DNA of 64,000 nt from the human T2T-CHM13v2.0 reference genome, Homo sapiens, in assembly GCF_009914755.1 (NCBI RefSeq), contig NC_060926.1; one strand, given 5' to 3'. A program made the position numbers and the translations under genes. Under the pieces are notes generated by a model. It saw nothing but the letters and a program-made list of their open reading frames with translations. It had not been told where the DNA came from and ran no database searches. Below, piece by piece: positions 12,569-26,897 of this stretch. Position 1 is the stretch's first letter. Each line of letters begins with the position of its first letter.

Positions 12569-13803
12569 GAGTCATGTGTCACATCATGACATTTCAGTTA
12601 ACGACAGACTGCATATATGGCAGTGGTCCCATAAGATTATAATAAAGCTGAAAAATTCCTTCTGCTTGGTGATGTTGTAGTCATTCTAATATAGTGTAAC
12701 ACATTACTCATGTTTGCAGTGATGCTGGTGTAAACAAACCTACTGTGCTGCCAGTCATGTAAAAGTATAGCATATACAAGTATGCACAGTACATAATGCT
12801 TGGTAATGATAATAAATGACTATGTGACTGGTTTATGTACTTACTATACTTTTACCATGATTTTGGAGTGTATTCCTTCTACCTATAAAAAAATGTCTAC
12901 TATAAAACAGCCTCAGGCAGTTCCCTCAGGAAGTATTACAGAAGAAGGCATTGTCATCATAGAAGATGACAGCTCCATGCCTGTTTTTGCCCCTGAAGAC
13001 CTACTAATGGGACAAGATGTGGACATGGAAGATATAGTGATATATTTCTGATATATATATAGTGATATTGATGATCCTGACCGTGTGTAGGCCTAGGCTA
13101 ATATGTGTGTTTGTATCTTCATTTTTAACAAAAAAGTTCAAAAAATTTTTAAAAATTAAAAATTTCCAAAAATAGAAAAAAGCTTATAGAATAAAGACAT
13201 AAAGAAAGAATATATTTTTGTATACTCATACAATGTGTTTGTGCTTTAAGCTAAGTGTTATTACAAAAGAGTCAAAGAGTTTTTTAAAAATTAAAAACGT
13301 ATAGAGTAAAAAAGAGTAAGCTAAGGCTAATTTATCACTGAAGAAAGAAAAAATTTTTAATGTATTATAGTCTAAGTGTAGAGTGTTTATAAATTCTACA
13401 GTAATGTGCAATAATATCCTAGGCCTTCATATTCACTCATTACTCACTAACTCACCCAGAGCAACTTACAGTTCTGCAAGCTCCATTCATGGTGTGTCCT
13501 ATGTAGATGTACTATTTTTAATCTTTTATACCATGTTTTTACTGTACCTTTTCTATGTTTAGGTATGTTTAGATACACAAATACTTACCATTGTGTTACA
13601 GCTGCCTACAGTATTCAGTATAGTAACATGCTGTATAGGTTTGTAACCTAGGAGCAATAGACTATACCATATAACTTATGTGTATAGTAGGCTATCACAC
13701 CTGGGTTTGTGTGAGTACACTCTGTGATGTTCACACAATGACAAGATCACCCTAACAACACATTTCTCAGAACAGAGCCCCATTGTTAAGTGGCATGTGG
13801 CTG
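12569..13803 (-). mobile_element. Tigger3b-like (Golem) non-autonomous DNA transposon
   Basis: ~1.23 kb; ends 'agtcatgtgtcacatcatgacatttcagttaacgacagactgcatata' and 'catttctcagaacagagccccattgttaagtggcatgtggctg'; inserted in a MIR. Confidence 0.88.
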
Positions 13804-13810
13804 TATGTGC

Positions 13811-13820
13811 ATATATATAA

Positions 13821-13866
<46 letters not shown>
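13811..13866. repeat. Compound (TA)n(CA)n microsatellite
   Basis: Direct read; adjacent to the Tigger end. Confidence 0.95.
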
Positions 13867-13868
<2 letters not shown>

Positions 13869-14109
13869 AAGTGTGGTGTAGGTATGGTAATTAAGTTAAA
13901 AGCCTGTAAAAAAAGAACCTTGAACAGTGACTGGCATAAAGCTTTCACTAAATGGTAATAGTACCATTATTATCATTATGCCCTGTCACATGTGGTCCAG
14001 GCCCACTAAGGTCTACCACTCTTACAGTTTCTAAAGAGAAGCCCTGAAGGTCATACAGCTCTTCCCAGGAATAGCAAAACGGCAATAAAATTCCCTCTTC
14101 TATCACCTT

Positions 14110-14578
14110 GAATTAGATTCATGTAATAGAAAACCCATACTAATAGTGACTTTAAAAAGATAAAAGTTTCTCTCTCTCTCGCATACAAGTCATCTGGAGT
14201 TAGGTGGTCCAGGCTGGAGTGACAGAAACAAAGGCATCAGAAATCCACACCATCCTTCTCATTTTTTGTCTCTCATTCCATTCTCAAGTTTACCTCATAA
14301 TTCCAGATGGCAACCAGAGCCCCATTCATCACATCTGCAGTCCAAACATCAGGAAGAAGGGACAAAAGTTAAGTATCCCTGCTGAGTCAGCTGACTTTAA
14401 GCAGGCTACCAAAAGACTGTTTCGTCTCATGGACCAGGAGTTAGTAATTTGGACACACCTAACTGTAAGGAAGGAAGAAAAATGTAATCCTTAGGTTGTT
14501 TGCATTCCTATGCCAAATGAAAATTTGTTCCTGAGGAAGAAGAGAAGAATGGATACTAGAAGGCACCTAGCAGTTTCA
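14110..14578 (-). mobile_element. MaLR LTR (MLT1J/K-like)
   Basis: tgtaatagaaaaccc...agtgactttaaa...ggacacacctaactgtaaggaagg...gaagagaagaatggata...tagcagttt. Confidence 0.7.
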
Positions 14579-17249
14579 GGCCCTTCTTCACTCTTGGTGG
14601 GGAAGGTAAGGAGTTATATGTGAGCACAGATATATATCCTTGAACTGCTAAAATGCTGATCGTGGGCCCAAATGTGGGCCACAGGCTGGCCCTACAAGCC
14701 ATCCACTTTTACTGGTTTAATTGACCCAGGAATAAAAGGGTTATAGAGGAATGTTCATAATATAAAGAGGAAACCAGAAGATTGTCTGCTTTATAAATCA
14801 ATGACCGCTTTGTACCCTTTAGCAATTCCATGATGTGGCTTTTTCTCTATATTTCTTAGAGCATTTGGCCTTACTGACCCTTGACAAGTTATAAATTAGC
14901 CCATTCATCCTAAAGAGAAAAAGCGATACCCATTCTCATATAGTACCTTTTATATTTCTTTATTTTAAATGTTATAACTTTTCAAAAGAATGTATTTTCT
15001 CATACAATTATGTTGTCAGCTTATTGAAAGTATCCATAGACTTAAGAATACATATTAGCCAATGTGGTTGTAAAATATCTTCCATGAGAATTTTTTCTAA
15101 ATTTTTATGAGTACTAGAAATTGAACTTAATTCTTCTTAACTGAATAAACATAAGCAAATTGTTGCTTCATTTTGAGTCGAACATATAATCTGAAAGCAG
15201 AAAATTCGATTCTAACTTGCTCCTAAAGGATATTTGAGATTAGGAAGAAGTCATAAAAGCTTATCTTATTTAATTATTGAGAAAAACTTTTAACATTTTA
15301 CTATTTTTGTTTAGCCTATGTAAATATCTGCAAACTACCTTTTGAGGAAGAATTGATGCATTTAAAAAATTCGTTAGGCCTAATGATCTCAAATTAACAA
15401 TTACTCAAGGACTATAGATTAATAAATGAGATACATTGTGAAAATGATTTATAAGATGAAGAACAATATACATATTCTTAGTTCTTGTTATAATCATGTT
15501 GGAAATTACTACGTTCATTTCATATTAACCTAATGAGAACAGAAGCTGTGAATATGAGTGAAATGAAAAAATATAACAGCCTATTAGGCTGTTTCCACAA
15601 AGGACATGATGGAATCATTAAAACTGTTTGTATATGAAGATCCAAAGATGGGGAGGGAAAAAGACCATCACCCTACAATGGAAGTCAGGTTAACAGGCAC
15701 ATATGAACAAAGGGCAATTGACAGCGAAGCAAACCCCATAAAGAATGAAGAGATCATGAGTTCAGAAGTCAAAGGCCTTCACTAAAAACAGGGTCCCTTT
15801 GCTTCCCAGGGCTCCACCACCCTCCCTCCAGTTCCCTGACAAAGGGCTGTTCTTACACTTGCCTACCACTCTTTTATGACCCCACTTCCTCCCTGAAACT
15901 TAGTCTGAACTCCCTTTTCAAAGGGAAAATGTTTTGCTTCCCAGAATCTTTCTCAACCTAGGTGTGCAGGCTAGAAATTCTCTAGGAACTTATGTTTTGG
16001 CTCAGAGAATTCACATATTTTAGAAAAGCCCATTCTATGCTAGGAAAACTATTTGAAGTCTCAAAATTCGATGAAGACTGATACTGTCAGATGCTTGGAA
16101 ATAGGCGGAAAATTTTCTGGGTCCTGAGACACCTAATTCTCTACCCTTTAGAAACCTCATCTAGTCAATAAAAATTTAATTGAAACTGAAAAAGTAGAAC
16201 ATGAAATTTTGAATAAATCTAACTCAGGGCCTTTCAGATGTTGACTGGGCCAAAAGCAAACATTTTCTAATGAGGAAAACCACATCCTTCATATAACAAA
16301 GGCTGTTTTCAAAAACCAGAGGACCAGCATGGTTAAATAGACCATCTCAGACAGCTGTTCAAGTTCAACAGTGAAATAATTAGACATTCCACACTGCTGC
16401 CATTTGATATGAGGTGTCCAGACAAGGTCTTTGAGGCAGGGAGACAAGGGTCGCTAACAGAAGACACAATGAGAAAAAAAAAAAAAATGGTGTGAATGGA
16501 ATGAGTAATACTGAATGGAATTAAGATTCTGCACTTGCTTCACCAAAGATTTATTCCCAAAAAATCCCAAACCTAAATAAAGTAAGGCCTGGAATGCTGG
16601 AAAGCTTTCAGAGCTGGGAATGTGTGTGAGGCTGCCAAATGGGTCATTGTTTCTAAAAATGATATGTCCCAAGATGACAGCAAACTTGTTTTTTCAGACA
16701 ACTGGCATTCGTCTGTGTGATTGTACCAGCACTTCCTTCTTTCTTGATTTGTCCAGAATCTGTTCTGTCCTGACAGGGCTGGAAAGTAATCCATATGTGT
16801 TGCCAAATTGAAGACTATGATTGTTTGAGGGTTTTTGAATATTATGAATATAATTTTCATTTGGTATATGCTACTATAATATTTAGTGAAGGAAGAAGAA
16901 ATAGGTCAGCTTGAGCATATCATTCAGCAGGCATTTGAGAAACTTCAGAACCTTGAGGCTTTAAAGAGCTTCCTGTTAATGAGGTCTTTTTATTTGAGTT
17001 CATATGACAAATTTATCATCTGTACATTTTCATTGTTTTTCCTCATGATTATTCCTCACAAAGAAGTCTTTCCAACTGCATTTCCCCTTGATAAGCATCT
17101 GTTAGAGTTGGTTTGTTTTGCTCTGGTTTGATTTATTGGCATTATTGATGATTGTTGGGAGTGATCTGGTGAAGAGCTACTGCTTTTTCTCCAAAGACTG
17201 ATTTCTAGAAAATGTCTATGTTGCTGCCTCCTATGTCCTTGCAGTCTCT

Positions 17250-18110
17250 TCACTCCTACTCCTACCCTAGCCAGCTGCCTCTCTGTGTTTTTGTCTTGAT
17301 TAAAGGCTTCACCACTTACACAAAGCTAGAAGTCATCCTGTATCATATCTGTTTTACCCCCACATGCAATCAGTCACCAAATCTTGACAGTCCTGCTTCC
17401 GAGATATCTATCTTTAGACTGTTGCTTCTTGTCCTTTCTCGTCGCCTCTTTATGAGGCTATTGAAATAACATTCCCACTGGCCTTCCTATAATGATTGAG
17501 CACCCCTTCCCTCCCCACTCCTGCCCCTACCCTACAAATGGCCATCCTAGGCAATACCAACAGTTATTTCTCTCCTTAAAGGCTTCAACTTGTCCCTAGT
17601 TTCCTGGAGGATAAATTCCACAGTCACCTAGGCACCAAAGCCACTTCTTATCATACCCTAGCTCACCTCTCCAGCCTCATCTCCTGCCACACCCTCCCAG
17701 GCCCTCTGCTTCCAGCCACTGACCATCTCACTATTCCCTAAAATTTTATACCTTTTATTACTCTATTTCTCTACACATGCAGATCCTGAGCTTTGAAAGC
17801 TTTAATTCACTCTCTCTGCCAGGCTTTGTTTTGTTTTTGTTTTTTTAATCAAGACGCAGCCCAATGTCTCTTTACCGTGACATCTTTCCCTGCAATACTG
17901 TACAGAGTGTGCTGCTCCCTGAAGTCTGTTGACACCCGTATTATAGCACGTGTCTTGTTTTTTTGGACTCACCTTCCCACACAGAAACCTCTCTAAACAT
18001 TCCATGAGCTCTGTGATAACAAAAACCATACTTCACTCATCTTCTTGTCTTCTCCTCCAAGCACCAGGCCTGGCAAAAGGCAGGAGCTCAGAAAAATGTT
18101 TACTAAATGA
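17250..18110 (+). mobile_element. L2 fragments
   Basis: cccacatgcaatcagtcaccaaatcttg; ccagcctcatctcctgccac; 3' end gcaccaggcctggcaaaaggcaggagctcagaaaaatgtttactaaatga. Confidence 0.7.
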
Positions 18111-18285
18111 TTCTGTAAGGCAGGCATTTCCGATTGCTTATGGCTTAAAAAAAGCAAGTCTTCTGCAGCACTCTCTGAGAAAGCCCTACACACAGGCCAT
18201 GATTTTTAGTGGCAAAGAAGTTCTGCGTAAAACCAATAAATGGAGCTACAATAGCAAGGCCAAAAATAGGAGTATGCCCTACTGA

Positions 18286-18425
18286 CATTCATTTATTTAT
18301 CTACCCATTCATTCATTGAACAAATATTTTTTTGAGTATCCACTGAGTGTCTGGCACTATGCTGAACGCATCAGCTGTAACAGCTGTAGGAAAAGATGGA
18401 GTTGCCTTTCTAAGCTTATCTGGAA
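18286..18425 (-). mobile_element. L2 3' end
   Basis: cattcattcattgaacaaatattt...gagtatccactgagtgtctggcactatgct. Confidence 0.7.
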
Positions 18426-18764
18426 ACTCAGATAATTCTACCAGAAATATTCCCTGGGAAAATAAGCAATAGATTATGTATGTGTGTACACTGTAAATAT
18501 ATAATACATATAAACAAGAGTGATACTCAAAATATTTTAACCACCAGTAGGGCATAGACACTGACTACTCAGATTGGTACATATATTTTGCCCTGAACCT
18601 TGCCCACAGAAAAAATAAAGTGTACTGAACTGACACAGAAAAAGGTAGGAAAAGGCATAATGAGATGACCTACCAGCAAGCCTGGAGCCTAGGCTGCAGG
18701 TTTGAAGAGATGTTTTAGGTTTCTCCATTTTTGTTTCTTCCCAGCCTCAGAGAAAGGAATATCA

Positions 18765-19271
<507 letters not shown>

Positions 19272-20309
19272 TTACCGGCAAAGCTGATAATGAACAGTCA
19301 GTTGCATGCTATTTCACAGCTGATACCTCTTCCCACAAAAAGGAAAAAAAGGGGGAAGATGATATTAATTGTGAAAGTTTCACAGATGTCTGCAGCAGTT
19401 GACCAGAGCTCCTGGGTCATTGCTTGTCAGACTATTAATGGGTTTGCCTAACCATGACAGTCATTTCTTTTCCCCCTCCTGTGAGCTACTTTCTGTGTAA
19501 TTTATGCATGGGTTTTGCCAAGATTTGACAACTTTCAGGATATTAACATAAAATTAGACTGCAGAGCTGAACAATGGGTGGCTTTAAAATTAGTCGTGGT
19601 GAAAACCAATCAAACAGAATTGGCTTTTCCTTTGCATTGCTCCTAAATTTATTATTGTTGTCTTTCTCTTCCACATATAAGAGTTCATGTCGGCAGTTCT
19701 GCACAGAATAGAGAAATGAGAAAGGGGTGAGAGGGTGTGACATCCCATGGCCTTGGAGAGGGACTCTGTAACCCAGGCAAGCTCCCTCTAGATGCAATGC
19801 CTGACAGAGGCTTAAACGAACCTCTGCAGCAACCACTCGTGAAATTTACCAAAGCACACACATATTTTGAAGCTCATCTGAGAGGAGAACTTTTCCTTTG
19901 CCATCTCTCGGTTCCACACAGCTTGCTTAGTGAATGCCATTACAGAATGCAATGTGCGTGTTAATAAGCCAGGACATCTGGTAACCAGCTTTTTTCTGAT
20001 TCATTAACTGACTCTGCTTCTGTGGCCAGGGGGGATGAGAAGAGAAATTGGAAGGTTTTTCTTTTAGCAAACGGGCACTTGATGTATGTCTTGCTTCTTT
20101 GGTCTAGCCTCAACTTTTAAACTTTACTCCAAGGTTAGTATATAAATGCAAGCATCCTTTGGCAAGAAGTGTCTAGTCCTGTATAGAAAACAAATAGTAC
20201 TTAAATTATTCTATATAGTACGAGAATGTAGGTAAGAGAAAAGGAACCTTAGGGCTTATAGACTACATCCTATTTTAAAGCAGAGAATGAAGGGAGCGAA
20301 GAACATGCT

Positions 20310-20390
20310 TAAGGTGACACAGTATAGTGGTGGCAAAGGAGGGAGCCAACTCCAGGTCTCTTGACCCTCAATCCAGTTTTCTTTTCTACC
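20310..20390 (-). mobile_element. MIR fragment
   Basis: aaggtgacacagtatagtggtggcaaagg...aactccaggtctcttgac. Confidence 0.5.
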
Positions 20391-21789
20391 TTAACGCATT
20401 GCTTAACTAACTTTTGGATTTTTGAAATGTATTTTGCTGAGTTTTTTTGGTCAGCAAACAGTGCCTGTTTGAGTTTTCTTTTTCTGCCTCCTGTGCATAT
20501 GCCACCTGAACGTCTGAGCAGATGACAGTGCCGAACCGGTCCTCCTGCCTCCCCTAATATGTGATTAGGGACCCACTCGAGCATTTCTAAGAGGTACTTA
20601 GGGATAGTTAATTTAAACTTTTGAAGAATGGAGAATTTCAATTCAGGTTGTGAACAACCCTAGGGAATACACTTAATGAGAATACAATGAAAAACTCACA
20701 CAGAAAATAGAGCAAGGTTATGAAAATCTCCCAATGATTAAGATGAAAAAAATTAAAAATATTATTATTCTATCCAAAACTTTTTTTTTTAAACTTCTCA
20801 TTGAAGTCAATTAGGTCCAAATGCTCAAGAGAGTGATTGAGTAAAAGAAGTCTGACTTGATGGTACATGTGGATGGATGAAATGGACAATGAAGTTTCCA
20901 TATGTTGCTTTTATGCAGTAATTAGAAACTGTCACACACGGTTTCATTTTTTCATTTCCTTGGGCTTATTTGCATGTTGGAACTTCCTTTGGAACAGGAT
21001 GGAGAGTATCAAACTGGCATCCAGTTGAAATGAGGAGCGGTGGCTTGTGGACACCCTCCCCACCTCAGGGACAGGAAGGAAGCCAGAGGCAGGTACTGTT
21101 GAGGCGCATTGCACAGGAGGCAGCGAGCAGACAGCTGTCCTGGATGCTGCTAACGTGGCGCTGCATCCTGCCTGCTTGCCCTCCAATTGGTCATTATGGA
21201 GCACTTTGGCTACCCTGAGCTGGTCTCCCTTTTAAAGCACTTTCATTCCAGCCCAATTATCTTTCCTTTACTATTTGCATGGTCAGACTTGAAGTCAGGG
21301 ACCCTGTCATCCCTATTGCCAGGCACACAGTGGTTCCCATGGGTCCTTCACAAACCTAAATTAATAACCTTTACATGTCTGGATCTTCATATAAGATTTT
21401 TCTAGTTCTAGAAATCTTCACCCTTGTTAAAAAAAATAGAATAGGCAAGGCAGTTTTCGTTGCATAAGAATTGTGACTAGGAGGCAAAAACTAGAAGTCT
21501 TTTGAATGTCAATAGTATTCTAAAAATCTGCTGCTTGCTACTACTAAACTATTACTGGAGAACTGACAAATTCCAGGAGCTGAAGGCTAAAAGAAACTTC
21601 ATTTGTCTAAGATGGTTTATCTATCTGGACAGCTACTCTACTGAATACTTAAATGACCTGGAACAATAAAAAGAATTGAATTATACAAGCATAATTTGAC
21701 TTATGACACAGTAAAGAATTTTCCCAAATCAAATTTTGGTCAGAAAGAAATTTCTTGATAAGTTTAAAATGCCATCTTATCTAAGTCTT

Positions 21790-22425
21790 TTAAATAACTT
21801 ATTTGATTAAAAAATACAGATAAGCATAAAGAAAAAAAAACACAGATAATAATCCCTATCTCCAGAGGCACGCATTATTACTATGTTGGTATTTGTCCTT
21901 TGACTTTTTTTAGTATGGGTATAAATGTGTTTTATATGTAATTTTTTTAATGACCAATAATGAACCTAGTGTTTTATAATACTTTTTCAGCATAAAAGGC
22001 ATCAAGAACATTTTTTCATTATAAATATTTCTACTACATCATTTTAATAGCAGTATAGTATTCTAGACTATAGGTATTCCACATTTTATTCAATCTCTTT
22101 TTTAAGATATCTAGATGGTTTTAATTTTTTCTATTATACTTAATGTGATGATCACTCTCAAATATTAATCTTTGGCATGTCTTTATTTGCTTGGGGTATA
22201 TTTTGAGAAGTGAAAGTGCTTAGTGAAAGGCTATACCCATTCTTAAGGTTTTTGATACATATTGCCAATGGCCTTGCAAAAAAAGTTGTATTAATTTAGA
22301 ATCCCACCAGCAGAGCATGAGGCATTTATTTCCTGGATCCCCTGCCAACACCCAGCATTATGGTTCTTTTTCATCTTAGCTAATCTGAGGAGTGAAAATG
22401 GTGTTTCTTTTTTGTTTTAATTAAT
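21790..22425 (-). mobile_element. Ancient L1 (L1ME-type) fragment
   Basis: ttttgatacatattgccaa...ttagaatcccaccagcagagcatgag...cctgccaacac...gtgaaaatggt, antisense old-L1 pattern. Confidence 0.65.
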
Positions 22426-24229
22426 TTATTCTTGAAGCCAACATTTCTGAAGATAGAATGTCACCCACCTTCTCAATTACATGATTGCATATGCCAGTAG
22501 TTATACCTAGAATTCATTATTACATGTATTTTATAGTTATGTCATTTTACAGTAGGTAAAACTAATCTGTTTAGACACCAAAAAAAGCTGTATGATCTGC
22601 TGAGATAATACAGATTTATGTAAATTAAACATGGAGCCTATCTTATGCCTTATATCTGAGAAAATATAAAAGACAATGAAATTTAAAACATACTTTTGTG
22701 CTAAAAGAGGAAGGAGTGAGATAGCTGGAAGGTAATATTACTGGTCAACACAATGGAAGGCGTCCATTGGCTACAGTGCAACTGCTGGAGGTGACTGTGT
22801 TGGTATCTGTAACATGTTGATGTGTGAAGTGAAAAAATGAATCCTATTCCTCAGGAGAGTTCTGCATATGTCAAGTATATTGTCTCATTAAGCCAATCCA
22901 TTTATCAACCCACTGAATGCCAATTAAATTGCACAGGATGGTGCAGGTATATGGTGAGCTGTTGGTGCCAAACTTTATTACAGCTGAGCTTTTCTGGCGC
23001 AGTATGTTCCACCCAGCAAAATGGCAGGCATATCAAAGCCAAATTAAATGTTCTTGAAATAATGCCTTTAAAGAGGATGAAATGCCACAGCCTGGCAGAA
23101 AAGAATGTGAAACGTAATGTCAGTTCTTAGTGTACTTTTAGTTCCAATGAAGATGTCAAGGCTCAGATCCAGCCAGTGCCAAATGTCTTCACAGCGTGCA
23201 AATTAGATCAGTGTAATTTCATCAGGAGAATGATCAGACTCTGCTGTAGTTATGGCTGAATTCACTGCTTCTGCCGAGGGCTGGGCTGAGGACCACGGGG
23301 CCCAGCTGAGTTCATGCTGCCATCCTTAGAAAGAGAGAGAACCAGATTTAATGGATTGCTCTCTTGATGCCACAGTGGAAAGTTAGTCCCACCTCTCAGA
23401 GATATTGCTAAATGAGCATCTAACATAGATTACGATGCATTTGTTTGGAATTTTTTAAAATCTGCTTAGTGAAAATTAAACCCCAAGTCACTGAAATACC
23501 AAGCTAGCTGCCAACGGGCATTACAAGCAAAAGAGGTTTATGTTTGTAACTAAGCATAATGTTTGTATGAAAATTTACAGATATTGATATTAAATACTTA
23601 AAGCATTCAAATTCCAGGTATGTTTAGAAACATATAATCTAATACGTTGATATGACAAATATTCTTAAGGATCAATACAGAAAAATAAATAGCTAATATA
23701 AAACAAAGAATCCTGAAAACCTCTTACTATAAAACAGAAACCCAATAAGAATGTTGTGAATAATTTTTAGTGTTAAACAGAGGAAAATGGTATAGAGTAA
23801 AGATCTTAGGAAGGAAATGATAAATGATGTAACTTACAGTCTAATGTTTGGAATAAATTGGAATAAACCAATTTTATGACATGATAAGTCACTTATTATC
23901 ATGAAATTGTTGCCTGCTTTGAAATGGTTTCTTAATGCAGCACTTAAAAATACTCCTGAAATGTTTAAAAACAGAATTTTTGCATACTTTTTTTTTTTTA
24001 ACCAGAGCAATAATATCAGGATTCTTCTTTGAATTTGTTGGTGTATCCTTAGTAAAGACAAAGAAGGATTCCCAATGCATGGGTGCAATTTTTAAGAATA
24101 ACCAGAATTCTCAGTTTCATGTTTAAGGAAGTTGTAGTTGATTTTCAACCTTTTCAAACCATATACATTCTACTGTAATAAAGCACTTTGTTTTAATGCC
24201 AATTTGAATAATGTTTTACAATGTTTATT

Positions 24230-24690
24230 TTATAATCCTTATAAAATATATTTCAAAGGCTAACAAATATAGAGGAAAATAAAAATTACCCATAAACGCC
24301 CATCCAGACATAACAACTGCTATTACTTTTATATTTTTTCCAGTGTTGAGTATGTGAATATTTTTTCCCAAATTGAGGTACTATTGTTTATAAAGTTTGA
24401 CTTCTGCTTTAAATATAACATTCTATGCCATTAAAAAGTCTTAAAATTATTTTAATGATACAGAATATTGTGTGTAAGATCCCCTATTATTGGAAATTTG
24501 TATCAGTATTTAGCTATTACCTTCACGATGAACATTCTTATAAATAAACATTTGTCCATATTTGATTAATTTGTTTGGACAGACTCCTAAGAAGTGGCAT
24601 TACTGAGTTAAAGGTATGAATTTTCAAAGTTCTTGTTTTTACTGTGTTACTTTTCAGAAACTATCTTTAAACCTGTAATTTGTAGCCCCC
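24230..24690 (-). mobile_element. Ancient L1 (L1ME-type) fragment
   Basis: aaaattacccataa...gatgaacattctt...actcctaagaagtggcattactgagttaaaggtatgaa. Confidence 0.55.
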
Positions 24691-26613
24691 CAAAAAACAA
24701 TAACTTTACAAAATCAGATCTATAAAATTCCATTTTCGTATTCTAACAGCCATATCATGACGTCTACCTTTCGAACCTTAATTTTATGGAAATAGGATAA
24801 AGAATAGGGAAAACACTCTAAAACTGTGAGATCTGAGGGCAGTAGGAACGTAGCTGCCTTTCTTCTGTTGTTTTTCATGACTGAAGGATGTGCTATGCAT
24901 TCTCAGTTACTGGCAAATAATTTGATTGATTGATACAATTAGCTTAGAGCATGCTTAAAGTCAATGAAAAATTATTCTCCCAAGCGTTGAAACTATTTTA
25001 ACATTAACTATATATTTAATCAATATAGACAAGCCAATTATTTACCATAAGCTAGTGTTACTTTTAATTACTTTCATTCCTGTATATCGCTTCAGAATTA
25101 GTTAGACCTTCTGCTGTGGAACTTTCTTTCATTTCCTATTTTAGCAATAGGCACAGGACCCAAGGCTATCTCTGGGGCTTGCCAAGACCCCAGATGCCAA
25201 GCTTTGGAACATTCTAGTAGCAACATCTGGCCTTTTGGTGAGCTCCACAGGCAGTTGTGCACTCAGCTCGGAACTGCCTCTGGGGATGTCACATGGTCAA
25301 ATGACCTACTGATATTTCGGCTAGCATGCTCTCTGAGGAAACATTTGTCTTTCTGCTCAGTTTGAGTAGGTAGCAGATAAAATTAGAGCTATTAAGTGGA
25401 AAAATGTTTTCTACAAAAAAATCATTTGTTTTAAAATCTTAATTCTTTAATTGGTAGAGTTGCATTGCAGCTTGGTTTCCAGCTGTTCATTACTTTTTTC
25501 AGGAATCAGGAGAGACACTGACTAGTTGAGTTCAGGATAAATTTTGTACAGCTACATAGAATTCATAAAAGATGGCCACACTTGCATTCAGGGTGGCTTA
25601 AAATATTGATGATAATTGGGGGAGAAAGTATTAATAACTCCAAGACACTTCCTCAAAAATAACCTTCTCGATTTACTGGATCAAGGACATTTCCTAAGCA
25701 TATACAATGCTGTGACCCAGTAGAATATTTGTTTACCTAAGTCTTTAGACTGCTGTAGATCTCTTTTAATGTCTTTTTTTAATCAAGAGATTAAAACCTG
25801 TATTCAAATAATACCAGTAATTTTTAAAAGTTATTATCAATTTAGCATAAAAATTAAACCCAAATGTTCCCCTTTTGGGGTATGCAAGATTAATCAGGCA
25901 CAAGGAAAAAATGCAACTAAATTAACAAATTGCCTCCAACATTTTCTATTTTTTAAGGGAAAAGAAAAAAAAGTATTTATGAATATTTCGCATACTATGT
26001 GGAAAATAAGATCTAATAACACATCAAAACGCATGGAATTCTTCAGATATGTATTTCTTTATGGTATCTTCTTCTTTGTGCTTCTTTGCTTTATGTCTGT
26101 TTATACTTCTTTATGTTATCATTTTTAGAAATTGCCAAATTTGCATTTCTTATTAAATTCTGTTTATCATGACATTGCTATGTAGTTCATTTTCATTATT
26201 AATGAAGTAGTCACAATTTCACACTTCCTTATATTTCTGCATTTTAAAAGCAAAAATTTGTTTTCATTTGAGTCTTTAATTTTTTAGTATTGTTGTTAAA
26301 GAAAACATTATTTATATAATCTTTGAATTAAAACATTGAATGAGTGGTTAGAATTTTCTACAAGACTCAAATTGTTTACATGTAAATGTCTTATTTCTGC
26401 AATGAAATCAGAGGGTCTTCCTATTAGATATTAACTGAATATTTACTCACCTTTCAAAAGAAATTTTTAAAAATCCCTGCCACAAGGACAACTTAGTAAA
26501 ACATGGCTACCATATGATATCTAAATGATTAAGATTGAAAGTCAGTATGATAGTCCTCAACTAAACCCAATACAATGGGAATCATTGATTGGGTGCTAAA
26601 ATTATAGCAAATG

Positions 26614-26897
<284 letters not shown>

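Noticed and set aside
12800-13051. 83-aa ORF
   Set aside because: Lies inside the non-autonomous Tigger3b; not a host gene
16886-17131. Helical-looking plus-strand ORF (KEEEIGQLEHIIQQAFEKLQNLE)
   Set aside because: Poor acceptor and donor, no ATG, isolated
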